DNA from: Eledone cirrhosa
Lineage: Eukaryota
Direction: 5' to 3'
NCBI GenBank assembly: GCA_964016885.1
Contig: OZ024740.1
Location: forward strand, 120,652,001 to 120,716,000
Length of the DNA stretch: 64,000 nucleotides
Shown: in pieces, positions 41,641-54,913 of the stretch
Numbering within the stretch: position 1 is the stretch's first letter
Layout of the letters: each line of letters opens with the position of its first letter
Translations under genes and position numbers: made by a program
Notes under the pieces: generated by a model
Databases searched by the model: none
Told to the model about the DNA's origin: nothing
The model's input: the letters and a program-made list of their open reading frames with translations, nothing else

Positions 41641-43306
41641 CAAATAATGGGTAGATTTGATTTCTGACTAGAAGATAACTAATTCACACTGTCATACATT
41701 CTTCCACAAAGACTTATTACAAATGAGCCAGTATTTTGAGGTTTTGAATTTCAGACAGAGTAAAGAGAAAACTCTAGAGTTAAGTTTGAAATGTCAAAAT
41801 TGAAGTTAGTTTTTTTTCTTTAATAAATTGATTTATTTGGAAATTTTACTCAAATGTAATCAAATTTTTCATGTCTTGTTTGGGAACTTGTTCAAAGATC
41901 TAGTAGTAAATAATCATTATTCTGTTTAAAATGTATTGGTAAAACGACAAGCATTGTTTAAATGATTAACACATTTAGTAGACAAAAGAATTACTTGCAA
42001 GGATAAATGGAGGAACTACTGCCAATGATAGCCTATAATATATAGAAAGCCAATAAAAACGTTATAAATTACTCCTTATTCTAAACAGAGATTATTTATA
42101 TGGTTAAAAATAAAAGTCTTCATGATATTTTTTCCCTTTGTCCTAAGTAAAAGAAATACAAAATTCTATTTCTCATTGCTCTAAGGAAATCATTACTTGT
42201 ATATAGAACCAGCAGTAAATTTCTTCAACATTTTCCACCTAACACTACAGTTTGCACGTGTGCGGGTGTGTATGTGTGTGTATGTATTTATATATATAAT
42301 TTAATGTCCATTTTCCCTGCTAGGAAAGTATTGGGTATGTCTCAGACTGGTCAGTATTAAAGCACAACCTCTGACCTCCATGAGGGCTGGGATGCAGCAA
42401 ATGATCACATGCTTTACTGAATACATTTTGTCATAGCACCAACACTAGTGATGGTGTCATGTCCTATGTACAGCAGAGGCATCATCCCAATCTTTCTTAT
42501 TGCAGATTTCCTATCACAACCCACTTAACAGAGTGTACTGGCTGCTAGTTTATAATTAGATAATCAAATCTAGAGAGGTTGTAATGTCTATGATGCAGCT
42601 GATGAGTTCTCCAGAGTTATTGTTTGGCAAATTGTGAATTACTTTATGCCCTTCCTACCACCAACCACATTACAGAATGTAATGGATGCATTAATTGTAT
42701 GGATCACCAACACCAGATACATTGCCAAGCCCCTGGCACAATTAATGAGATACTTCAACCCTTTCTGGCATGTTTTCTACAATGAAGTACACTTCCTATA
42801 AAAAAAATCACCTTATAATGAGTACTGGTTGCATTCATCGTAGCACTAGCACTAGAGAGTTTGTCATCAGACTCAACCAGGCAGCCCTCCCTATGCTATG
42901 TATCAGGTGGGTTGTATTTCATGGGCAAGATTCATGCGCAGAGCAATTTTCCAGGGGAAAAAGGATGTTCTAGAGTAGAGTGGCAGGATGGGTGGGCAGT
43001 GACCTTGGATAGATAAAGGGTGTTAGGCTTTAGGAGTGGAGGAGGTTTACAGTGAGGCAGATAATAGCCATTACAGTAGTGAGGCTGGTAGTTTGTGGGT
43101 TGGAGACATGAAGAGTGGGCGTGCTTTGACAGTGAGCATATCTTAAAAGAGGTGATAGTATGGATTGGTGTGATATGTATATATGGCTCTGGTCAAGTCA
43201 AGTTTTAGGAAAAGTTCAACTTTTTAAGGTCAGCCTTACCTACATAATCCCATGTCTGCTTGGATTAACTCTTCATATATATATATGCATATGAAGAGGT
43301 AATATT

Positions 43307-43338
<32 letters not shown>

Positions 43339-44588
43339 TGTGTGTATGTGTGTGTGTGTGTGTGTGAATGTGTGTGAGTGTATGTGAGTGTGTGTGAGTG
43401 TGTGTGTGTAAGAGTGTGTGTACATGCAGGCTCACTACCATTTAGAGTTTTAGTTGATTATATTAACCTCAGAACGTTGTCTATTATTTATTTAAACAAC
43501 TCCGAATGATAGAAAATGTAAAAGGTGACATATAACCTATGTAACTAGAACACAAAAAAGATAACAGTAAAATCTACAAGGTAGATTTGTTTGTTACTGA
43601 TTCTGTCAGTCTCCATTGAAATCTTTATCTTTCTGAAGCATAATGAGATATGTAATAAAACTGATAATTGTCAAATGGCCAGTAGAACGCTGCAGAAAAA
43701 TACAAAAGGTGAATGATGACAAATAAAACAGAAGAATGTAATGTTTTACCCAGTGTATTTCATCATAATATTTCAGGACCAATACTCTCTTTTCAAATGT
43801 AGGGCTAAAACAGCACAACGGAAGACAAATTATCAATGTGTTTTTCCTTCTTATGTGTCTGAAATATGCTTACTAATTCCCTCTAAATGTTTTTACTATT
43901 TTCAAAATGGTTAAAAAAATCATAGGTAGTGTATTTCATAAGAAATGTAGTTATGATAACTAACAAGAAATAATTAAAAGGATAGGGTTTATAAACAACA
44001 CCCAAATATTTATTTTATAAATGTTAATGACTTATTAATCCAGTTATTTTAGGGAGATAGTGGTACATTTTTGAAATATGGTACAACCATAAAATAAATC
44101 TTGCAAAGACAACAAATGTGTTATATATATATATATATATATATATATGCAAAAGTTTTATTTAAGATTGTTGGGTCTCTATCTCGCTCTGTTGTTTTTC
44201 TTTACATACATCTCTTCACCTTCTTCTTTTTATTTACATACATCTCTTCATCTTCTTCTTCTCATCTTCGTCTTTCTTTCTATATAACTGTCATAACAGT
44301 TTCACTACCAAATCAACTTTTTAAATGGAAGTTGCGTTATTTAAAAGGTATGTCAAAAATTATTTATAAAACAGCTTATGTATTGTATTTTGTCTGAGGA
44401 AGGCATACCATATTTTTAATATGATATCCCTGAAATATATATAACGAAATAAATATGGTTTTATAAATATAGTTTCCATTTGTTTAATATTGTATATATA
44501 TATATATATATATATATGTGTGCGTGCGTGTGTGCGTGTTTGTGTGTGTGTGTGTGTACACATGTACATGTATATGAGTGTGCATACA

Positions 44589-44624
<36 letters not shown>

Positions 44625-45677
44625 CATATACACAGAGATAAAAAGAGATACACTAAGTAGGCTAGCCTACTTAGAATCAAAAATTGCAAAATAAAAGAAT
44701 AAAATCATGTATATATTTCACAATATTCAGACAATTTGATTTTCCTCTTATGGCATTTATTAAAATATTTCTCATTTGAAAACTAACATTTTGTTTTTAT
44801 TTATATTTTGTTGTCTTTCATTATTACATTTATAAATTATCATTTTGAAAATGTCAGCCATTCTGAGAAAAAGAATTCAATTCTGGGGAAAAACAACAAC
44901 AAAGTAACAACATTTATTCACACGGCAATACTAAATGTAAATGAGGAAAATAAATGCTTTTAATATGGATCTGAATAATATTCTTTGAAAGAGATAACAA
45001 ACTCTCTAAAAAGTAAGAATTGCTCTTGATGATAGAAGATAGGATTCTCTTGCATATTTAATGGTTATCTAACTTCATCTAAATTCTCTAGTATTTTTAT
45101 TTTTTGTTTTGTCTTCAAATATGGCACCATTATCATTTAAAAGTGGAATTAATGGTTGATATTGAGATTGCATTCTCATTGAAATAAAATAGTGGGGGCA
45201 AGCTTTGCAATTAACATTTTATTGCATTCCAATTCAAACTACTACTGTTCATATGATGATTTATATATCAAGTTTATATATATATATATATATACGCATA
45301 TATATATACATATACATATACATATATATACATATAAACATATATACATATATACATATATACATACATCTCTATATATATATACAGATATACATATATA
45401 GATACATATACAGATATACATATATATATACATATATACATACATATATACATATATAGATACATATACATATATACATACATATATACATATATAGATA
45501 CATATAGATATATACATATATAGATACATATACACATACACACATATACATATATACATATACATATACACATATATACATATACATACACATATATAGA
45601 TATACATATATATATACATATACATATATATATACATATACATATATACATATATATATATACACATACATATACAT

Positions 45678-46047
45678 ATCATCATCATCATCACCGTTTT
45701 ACGTCCGTTCCTCCATGCTAGCATGGGTTAGACGGGTTGTCCTGTCGTCTGACCATGCCTGGTCGTCTGACCATGCCTTGCTCATACAGGAACTGATTTT
45801 GGCTTCTACAGCTGGATGCCCTTCCTAACACCAACCTCATTTACAGTGAGTGCTGGGGGCTTTTTCCGTAGCGCCTACACGTCCACTTTACAGTGTAGGC
45901 TGGGTGCTTTTTTGCCGTGGCACCTCCATGACCACCTTGCAGTGGGAGGGTGTGGGGGCATATTGTCTATATGCTTCAGCTTGTACCCATGGGAGGTCGG
46001 GTATTACTGCGTGAAACCAGAGGTCACGGTCATGTGTCATCGCATTA
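45678..46047 (-). mobile_element. RTE-type 3' UTR/tail
   Basis: (CAT)n tail, ctggatgcccttcctaacaccaacc, ending in ...DRDLW..AV codons. Confidence 0.75.
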
Positions 46048-46179
46048 CATACATATATACATATACATACACATATATACATATACATATATACATATAT
46101 ATACACATATACACATATACATATATATACACATATATACATATATACATATATATACATATACATATACATATATATA

Positions 46180-47072
46180 CAGGGTGAGGACGATATTTGT
46201 TTGCAATTTTCAACTGCTAATTTTATGCAAATTTTTTTTACTTCCGTTGTCACTCTTGTCTTCATAAAAACAGTGACTATATTTCCATTATTTATTTTCA
46301 GAATAATTGATTATGAATAATTTTGAACCTCCAAATTTGTGGAAGAGACACGGAGTTCTTCTTGGAATCCGCGCCGGAAGGACAAATAAGGACCAGAAGA
46401 TCAACTCCTAGAACAACAGGTGGCTCGCTGTCTAATCCAATGACATGCCCAGAGTCATGCAGACAACGTTTCCAGCGACAACATTGGTCTTATGTGTCGA
46501 CAGCAGTCAAGGTGAGGTCATGCCACCTCATTTCTTCCCTGAGGGTCTCAAGCTGAACACCAATGGCTACATCTGCTTTCTGAGCAAGGTAGTAAAGCCC
46601 TGGATCAACCAGGTAGCTGCAAGTAGGCCATACATGTGGCAGCAAGACTCAGCGCCATGTCATACCAGCCGAAAGACCCAAGCCTGGCTGTCAGAGAACT
46701 TCGTCGACCACACTTCACCTGACATCTGGCCTCCCAGCTCACCTGACTGCAACCCCCTCAACTTCTTTATGTGGGGTGCAGTGGAACGAGACACCAATAG
46801 ATCTAGCTGCAATACGAAAGACGATCGGAAGGACCGGATCACAAGGGCCTTTAGGGGCCTAAGTCGGGGGAAAGTGACGAAGGCCTGTTACCGATTCTGA
46901 GGCCGCCTTGAGGCCATCATCAAAGCCAATGGCGTGTTTATCGAGTGAGATCGAAAGAACAGGTCATGAAGCCAAACTGATCAAAGTTTGATAAATATAT
47001 ATTAAAAAATAAAACTACTGTGTTAGTTATTCCTAGACAGTAACCTTTAGAACGGATATCTTCCGCACCCTG
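46180..47072 (+). mobile_element. internally deleted Tc1/mariner transposon (maT/DD37D type)
   Basis: TIRs cagggtgaggacgatat / atatcttccgcaccctg with TA on both sides; contains a transposase fragment. Confidence 0.9.
46390..46940 (+). pseudogene. maT transposase catalytic-domain fragment
   Basis: DQKINS*NNRWL..PRVMQTTFPA..EVMPPHFF..WQQDSAPCH..WPPSSPDCNPLNFFMWG. There are 37 residues between the second D and the third catalytic position, which is N here. Confidence 0.9.
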
Positions 47073-47207
47073 TATATACACATATATAAATATAGATATA
47101 TATATACATAAATACATACATATATACATATACATATATACATACATATATACATATACATATATACATACATATATACATATAGATATATACATAGATA
47201 TATACAT

Positions 47208-47861
47208 ATCATCATCATCATCATCATCAACGTTTAACGTCCGTGTTCCACGCTTGCATGGGTTTGGACGGGGGTTTTCCCACTTGAGGCAAGAGTGGTT
47301 GTCTTGCTCGCATAGGACTGTCTGGCAGGTTTTCTACAGTTGGATGCCCTTCCTAACACCAACCACATTTAAAGTGTGGGACTGGGAGGTTTTTACCGTG
47401 TTGCCTACACGGCCACATTACAGCGTGGACTGTGTGTTTTTTTGTCGTGACACCTACACGATCTCATTTGTTTCGGCCTGGATGGCGCGGCACCAACATA
47501 ACTTTACATAGGAGGGGGTGGTGTGGATGGGGTGTGGGTGGTGGGACGTGGGTGTATTTTGTTAGAGATGCCTACTGGCTGTAGTAGGTTTTACTATGTA
47601 TTTAGGTAATGCGGGTCTTCTCTATTACTGAGTACCGCCAAAGGTCTCGGTCCAGTGACATTGTCTTGGTGAGGTGTAAGTGTGTGAGGTCGGAGTTTAT
47701 CAGCTCATCCCAGGTTTTTCTGGGTCTGCCTATTCCGTGGCTACCATCTATCTTTATTGCCCTGCACTTTGTTATACAGCTATCGTCCTTCATGCGCATT
47801 ACGTGACCATACCAATGTAGCCTTCTCTCGAGTAGACAACATCTGATCCCTCTTATTTCTA
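47208..47861 (-). mobile_element. RTE-clade LINE 3' end
   Basis: [13 protein letters not shown]...GRPRKTWDELINSDL...DRDLWR, then a 3' UTR and (GAT)n tail. Confidence 0.92.
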
Positions 47862-47993
47862 CATATACATATATACATATATACATATATACATACATAT
47901 ACACATATATACATACATATACATATATATATATATACATATACATATATATATATATACATATACATATATATATATACATATATGTATACA

Positions 47994-48160
47994 CACTGTA
48001 AATGTGGTTGGTGTTAGGAAGGGCATCCAACTGTAGAAAACCCGCCAGACAGTCCTATGCGAGCAAGACAACCACTATTGCCTCAAGTGGGAAAACCCCC
48101 GTCCAAACCCATACAAGCGTGGAACACGGACGCTAAACCTGATGATGATGATGATGATGA
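47994..48160 (+). mobile_element. short RTE 3' tail, inverted relative to 47208-47372
   Basis: Near reverse complement of 47208-47372, ending in (GAT)n. Confidence 0.85.
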
Positions 48161-48271
48161 TATATATACATATACATATAATTATATACATATACATATT
48201 TATATATACATATACATATATATATATACATATATATATATATACATATACATATATATACATATACATAT

Positions 48272-48302
<31 letters not shown>

Positions 48303-48309
48303 CATATAT

Positions 48310-48900
48310 AAAGATATATGGTGGCTGCCAACTCGTTTTCGAGTACAGCCACTACTTTAAATCCATGTAGGAGAACTCCTACCGATGCGCTCAACGAGTT
48401 TGAATTTTTAGTCCAGCCAGCAACTTGAAAACTCTGGTACAAACACTACACTTGTGACAATTGTTGACACATAGTGCTGGGCCCATGGTACCATGTGATA
48501 ACAAGTGCAGAGAGATCTCCAGATATAAAGCAATGCCTGTGCCGTGAAGCTTTTATAGTGAGCAAAGACACTGCACAAAGCCAGTCCCACTCTCTTAACC
48601 AAGATGATATTTACCAAAAAGAAGAACAAGTCAACATCATTGGATACCATCAGGGTTGCAGGTGCTATATAAGAGTATTTCTTCTCCTAGAATTCTGCCT
48701 TGACAAAGGCTAAGGGGTCATCTCTCCCGGTGATTTTGGATGGCCATTGACTCTTAAGAGATCCTTTGGCCTTTGACAGGTTTTGTTTTTAGTCCTGCAG
48801 GATGTCCAAAGTCATCCTCCTCACCAAGAAACCTTGGTGGGGTTGCCAGTTTAGTCGCCAACGACCCGACCACGAGACAGGTTGTACTGGAATACTTGAC
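48310..48900 (-). mobile_element. RTE-like 5' region, copy 1
   Basis: 48636-48895 is nearly identical to 59814-60074. tt(c)cttctcctag....tgcctt.acaaaggctaa resembles antisense RTE 5' UTRs (from recall, unverified). Confidence 0.5.
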
Positions 48901-48950
48901 ATATACATATATATACTTATATATACATAAATATATATACATACATATAC

Positions 48951-48981
<31 letters not shown>

Positions 48982-49021
48982 CATATAATATATATACATA
49001 TATATATATACATATATATAC

Positions 49022-49058
<37 letters not shown>

Positions 49059-49467
49059 CACATATATATACATACATATATACATACATATATATACACA
49101 TATATATACATACATATATATATACATATATATACATACATATACATACATATATATATACATACATATATATATATATACATATATATATATACACACA
49201 TATATATACATACATATATACATATATATATACATACATATATACATACATATATATATACATATACATACATATATATATACATACATATATATATACA
49301 TATATATATACATATATATATATATACATATATATATATACATACATATATATATATACATACATATATATATATATATACATACATATATATATACATA
49401 CATAAATATATATATACATATATATATACATATATACATACATATATATATACATACATATATATAC

Positions 49468-49562
<95 letters not shown>

Positions 49563-49791
49563 CATATATACATATATATATACATACATATATATATACA
49601 TACATATATATATACATATATATATACATACATATATATATACATACATATATATATATACATACATATATATATATATACATATATATATACATACATA
49701 TATACATACTTATATATATATATATATATATACATATATATACATACATACATATACACATATATATACATATATATATATACACATATAT

Positions 49792-49824
<33 letters not shown>

Positions 49825-49908
49825 TATATACACATATATATACATATATATATATATATACATACATATATATACATATATATACATATATATACATATA
49901 TATACATA
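48901..49908. repeat. (TA)n/(TACA)n array
   Basis: Directly visible. Confidence 0.98.
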
Positions 49909-49989
49909 TTTTTGGCGATCGACTTTCGTCAAATCGGACTGAGGAAACAATGTTTCCGTTGGTCTTTCCAGTTGCTAATACTATCTATC

Positions 49990-50128
49990 GGTCGCAACTC
50001 CAGGTAGAAGGAGCAACGTGAAATAAAGTGCCTTGCTCAAGGACATAACGCATCGCCCGGTCCAGGAATCGAACTCACAACCTCATGATTGTGAATCCAA
50101 TTCTCTAACCACTCAGCTACACGCCTTA
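49990..50128 (-). mobile_element. tRNA-derived SINE family B head
   Basis: Reverse complement: aggcgtgtagctgagtggttag (A box)...gagttcgattcc (B box)...gtccttgagcaaggcacttta (CORE-like). Confidence 0.85.
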
Positions 50129-50171
50129 ACGCTATATACATATATATACATATATATATACATATATATAC

Positions 50172-50220
<49 letters not shown>

Positions 50221-50359
50221 CATATATATACATATATACATATATATATATATAGGTAGAAGTTAATATGTCCAGGGATACTAGGTACCCCTAGAAATAC
50301 ATAGGTTGTCTATGATTCAAGGTTGTTCAATGGTGTTAATTTGATACACCAGAACTTTA

Positions 50360-50829
50360 ATATTAAGATAAGCAGAACAAGTAAAATTCAATCAATTTTT
50401 CAAAATACATTAAAAAATATAATATAAATATTTACCTCTTCTAGTGGCCCTTACTGATCAGTTTCGCTTTGTAAAACCTCATAAATCCGATGGATTTATG
50501 ATGGAAAACCAAAGCTCATCAGAGAAGCATTTTCCATTCCTAGGGCTAAACGGTCCAGTTTACATACGGGTCAATTTTACGACCTTTCAGACCTTTATTA
50601 GCTGGCAGGAGGTTGTATATTTTGTCGTTCCTGGGACGTTTAGCCCTAGGAAGGGAAATTGCTTCTCTGATGAGCTTTGGTTTTCCATCATAAATCCATC
50701 GGATTTATGAGGTTTTACAAAGCGAAACTGATCAGTAAGGGCCACTAGAGGAGGTAAATATTTATATTATATTTTTTAATGTATTTTGAAAAATTGATTG
50801 AATTTTACTTGTTCTGCTTATCTTAATAT
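50360..50829. repeat. 470 bp palindromic element with a hammerhead in each arm
   Basis: Arms 50360-50552 and 50637-50829 are near-perfect reverse complements. Confidence 0.92.
50661..50742 (+). ncRNA. type I hammerhead ribozyme with a 50-nt stem II (mirror copy at ~50446-50528, minus)
   Basis: ttct-CTGATGA-gctttg..ccatcataaatcc atc ggatttatgagg..caaagc-GAAA-ctgatcag-TA-aggg: intact core, palindromic stem III ACTGATCAGT, GUA triplet. Confidence 0.8.
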
Positions 50830-50889
50830 ATATATATATATATACATATATACATATATATACATATATATATATACATATATATACAC

Positions 50890-53390
50890 TTTTACGCTTT
50901 TACCTGTTTCAGCCATCCGGCTGAGGCCATGCTGGGGCACCGCCCTTGTTGCTACACATTTTATCTCCAGCCTGTATAGGTTGGCCACTGGTGTAAGAGG
51001 GAGTTTGTTGCTGCTGCCTTTAGGTATCCCTCGTGTCTTGCTGTCGGCTCATCCGGGATCCTGGATAACAAGGTGTCGAGATGTTTCTTGAAGACATCCA
51101 CCTCCACGCCATGCAAATCTCTCAGATCCTTCGGCAGCCTGTTGAAGAGTTGAGGGCCCTTGAATCCCAGGCTATTGCCAAACCTGCTCCTTATTCTAGA
51201 TGTGGAAGACGGGACCTTTGGCACCACACAGTGACGTCCTGTTCGACGGTTGGTCCAGCTCCCAATGCCAAAGTTTGGTGCTAGTCCCTCCAGGATTTTC
51301 CACATGTAGATCATTGTGTAGCTCTCCCGTCTTCGCTCCAAGGAGTAGAGGTTCAGTTCCTTTAGCCTCTCCCAGTAGCTTGTCTCCCTCATCTTGGCAA
51401 TCCTCTTGGTGTAGCTTCGCTGGATTGCCTCAAGCTCCGTGGTTAGTTTGACACTATGGGGTGACCACAACTGGGAGCAGTAGTCCAGGCGGCTTAGGAC
51501 AAATGTCCTCCATAGTGTCAACATGGTGTCTCGATCTCTTGTCCGGAAAGTCCTCAAGATCCAGCCAGCGAGTCGTCTCACCTTGTTGCCACTCTCATGA
51601 TGTGTGAAGAAAAAGATGCATCATCGCTCATGTCTATGCCCAGGTCTCGTATCGATTTTGACACGGGGATATCGGTCCCTCCTGGTCCTGTTTAGTTGTG
51701 TTCCACTATATTTGTGTTTGCAGGTTTGTTTGGAGGTCTCTATTTTAGGGCTTGGAATTTGTCATCATTAAACTGCATGTTGTTTTCTTCCGCCCATTTG
51801 TATATGGCATCCAGATCCTGCTGTAAAAGGGCAGCGTCAGCCGGGTTTTTGATTGCCTGTGCTACCTTAGTGTCATCAGCATAGCTAGTGAGGGATGTTG
51901 TTGTATGCACTACAGAGGACATGTCTGAGAGAGCCACCAAAAAACAGTAGTGGTCCCAGGACTGTCCCCTGGTGCACCCCACTTGTTATTGATGTTTCCC
52001 TCGAGAGGGCCCCATTTGCTGCGACTGCCTGGCTTCTGTCTCTTAGGAAGCCATGTAGCCACTCACCTACTTTTCCAGTTATGCCGAGTCCGTGTAGTTT
52101 GTGACATATCATTCCGTGGTCGACAAAGTCAAGATATATCACGCCCACATGTGAGCTGTCCAGCAGTTGTCTCACTACCCAGTCGTAGTGATGTAGCAGC
52201 TGTGTAAGGCAGCTTCTTCTTGGGCGGAAGCCATGTTGCGTGCTAGTCAGGCGGTCATTTTCCTCGAGGAAAGTGATCAGTTTATTTCTGACGACTCGCT
52301 CCATGACCTTACTGATATGCGACGTCAGGGATACTGGCCTATAGTTTTGGCCTCCGCTCTGCTACCTCCTTTATGGATAGGACATATTGTGCCTTCTTTC
52401 AGCTCCCTGGGTAGTACACCGCTAGCCAAGGAGCTTCTGAAGAGCATTTTCAGTGGAGTTGCTAAGGCCCGCTTACATATTTTTAAGAGAACTGCTGGGA
52501 ATCCATCAGGTCCAGCAGCCGAGTCCGTTCTAATTTCATCAATGGCGTACACCACATCCTCCTCCGTTATGTCTATGTGGTTGATGGTTGCCATTTCTTG
52601 ATGTAGTGTTGTGGCATCAAAGAACTCCTCTGGCTTCGTTACTTGCATGTGCCCCAGTGGACATGTGAACACACTTTTGTACTGTTCGTTCAGTATTTCA
52701 CATCTCTCTTGGGGGTTTTCTGTTAATGAACCGTCCGTGTGGAAGAGTGGCCCAATCTTGCAGTGTACTGAGGCAGTTTCTTTTGCAAATTTTAAAAAAG
52801 CCTTAGGGTTTGTTTTAATGTTTTCTATGGCCCTGTTCTCCCTCTTTGCCCTCTCATTCTCATGGGAAAGCTTGAGTGCAATCTCGGTGTCAAGTAGTGC
52901 ACGCTTCAAATAGGATTTCTTCTTGTTTTTGTTTTGTTGACTATTCAACTGGTTTGAGAGTTTAGTTCTACGTCTCATAAGGATTTTCCTATCTCTGGGA
53001 ATAAGATTTTTGTGTCTGTTTGCCTCTTTCTCCGGGACAAACTTTTTGCATATAGTGTGTATCGTTGTCATGAAGTGTTGAAATTGTGTGTTAGTGTCTT
53101 GTGTGGCAGTGTTTTCACTCCATGTTTGCTTCCGGATTTCTCTCTTAATCTTTTTCCAGTTAGCCTTGTAGAAGTTAAGGCTGGATAGCATCCCGGAGCT
53201 TCTTGGTGGTTTTGTCTCTGTTGGTTCTCTTGGACCACATATCATTAGCTCTACTAAGTCATGATCCGAGAGAATTGTTGGTGTCACTTTACATTGTGGA
53301 TGAACACTTCGTTGTTTGTAAAACAGAGGTCCAGGACATTTTCGCCTCTTGTTGGGGGGAGTATTGCTTGCGTCAGTGTGAAACATTACT
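50890..53390 (-). mobile_element. 5'-truncated CR1/L2-type LINE (end of APE domain plus RT, frameshifted)
   Basis: APE end PTRGENVLDLCFTN..ILSDH; RT motifs AAGPDG, QHGFR, VIYLDF, GVHQGTVLGPLLF, YADDT; C-terminal SRLDYCSQLWSP and LYSLERRR; 3' stem-loop and TAAAAG tail. Confidence 0.95.
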
Positions 53391-53544
53391 TCACTTTTCA
53401 CTTCTAAAATGCTTTTTAAATACTTCGTTAAAAATTTATGTTTATTATCAAAGCTATTTTTTGTACCAATCTATCAATAGTTTACGAAAATATAGGTAAA
53501 CATGTGAGTTAAATTTTTTTTAATCGCATCGATCGCTTTGTCGC

Positions 53545-53890
53545 ACCGACTGTGACACTGTCTGACTGTTTGTCTGACTGACACCTTTGTCGGACCGACA
53601 CCTTTGTTCAAGCGGACAACTTTGTGTCACTGACACCTTTGTTCGTGCCGGCATCTCTGCGAAACACCGATGACAACAACCAGACCAAAATTTCACTTCA
53701 TTCTTCTTTCTTCTTCAAGACCGATCGCCGACCGATCGTATCGGTTGCTCTTCATATACCAGGTATTCAACAGATAGTTTGCACTTCTAGTATTATTAAC
53801 AGTCGTGCGATTTTTTGTACCGATAGGTGCGAATAGTGCGCTATATTTTTGTACCGATAGGTGCGAATAGTGCGATAGGTGCGAATAGTG
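53545..53890. repeat. two clusters of short CpG-rich tandem repeats
   Basis: gacacctttgt-like units x4 (53580-53642) and cgataggtgcgaatagtg x3 (53821-53890). Confidence 0.85.
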
Positions 53891-53937
53891 TACAATATTT
53901 TCTGAGATTTGCATCCACTAATTTCGCTTAATTAAAA

Positions 53938-54733
53938 ATGATGTTTCGCGGCTATTTGATCGGCTTATTCATTTTTTCCATGGCACGGAAATGGAGTATT
54001 TCCATTTCGAATCAAAACTTTTCACTAAAATCGGGCAATTGGACTGATCAAATTCACATTCATGCCAGTTTTTACAAATCCATAATTAGAAATGTGGCGA
54101 AATCGAATGACCAGAAGGTATAAAAGTATTAATTCAAATGTATTTACTTATCATACCAACAAAAATACTTAGATATTTTGTATACCTGGGGCCCGTCAGG
54201 GCCAGGTAATGTTAATCGCCAACATTGTTATCTGTTGTCTTTTTGTGAAAGTATTGGGGGTTCATGTCGGCTCTAATGATCTGAATCCTCGTCGCACCGT
54301 TGGCACAACAAAGCTGTGCAAAGTAATACAATAATTTTTGCCCAAGTATTTTTTATTAATCATTTATTTGTAAATTAAGGACAAAGTGCCCCTTTGAGGC
54401 ACACAACCGGAAAAACAGGGGAAGAGTCTCTTTGCAAGGCTACAGAAAATAGCGGAAAAGCACCACTGTACATCCATTTTCTACGGTGGTGTCATTCCAC
54501 GTCCACAAAGTGTAATTGAAAATAAAAATGACTTGGGCAAGAGAAATTCTCGTTTGGAAAAGTTTAATTACTGCATGAAAGAAATGATTCAAAAATTGAA
54601 CTTGCCCAATCTTCACAACATTGAAAATTGGTCAACATTTGACAAATCTGACTTCAAACCAGATATGATTCATTTGAACAATGTTGGAAATCTTAAATTG
54701 ACACACATTTTTGCCAATGTTTTTGCCACCTGA
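53938..54733 (+). pseudogene. three-exon SGNH/GDSL-type esterase (exons 53938-54117, 54173-54322, 54380-54733)
   Basis: Phase-0 GT-AG introns of 55 and 57 nt join ..FYKSIIRNV.. / IFCIPGAR..VLGVHVGSNDL.. / ..IFYGGVIPRP..FN..FKPDMIHLNNVG. This gives SGNH blocks II, III and V intact with block I decayed. One in-frame TGA at 54395. Confidence 0.75.
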
Positions 54734-54913
54734 TCCTTGTTCTATGGCTGACTGACTAATTTTGTGACTTAATAAAATGTCATCATACTAGTAATGCACA
54801 ATGGTCATTTTAAAATTTAAATTTTATTAAATAGTTGTTGCTTGCATTGCCTTAAAATAGTAACAAGAATGTACACATACTTTTTAAAAATACATCATTA
54901 TCAGCCAAATCAG

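Noticed and set aside
49990-50128. tRNA gene
   Set aside because: The A/B boxes continue into a SINE core with no complete cloverleaf.
52325-53401. 358-aa ORF as an intact gene
   Set aside because: It is a frameshifted piece of LINE ORF2, and its N-terminus is out of frame with the APE motifs.
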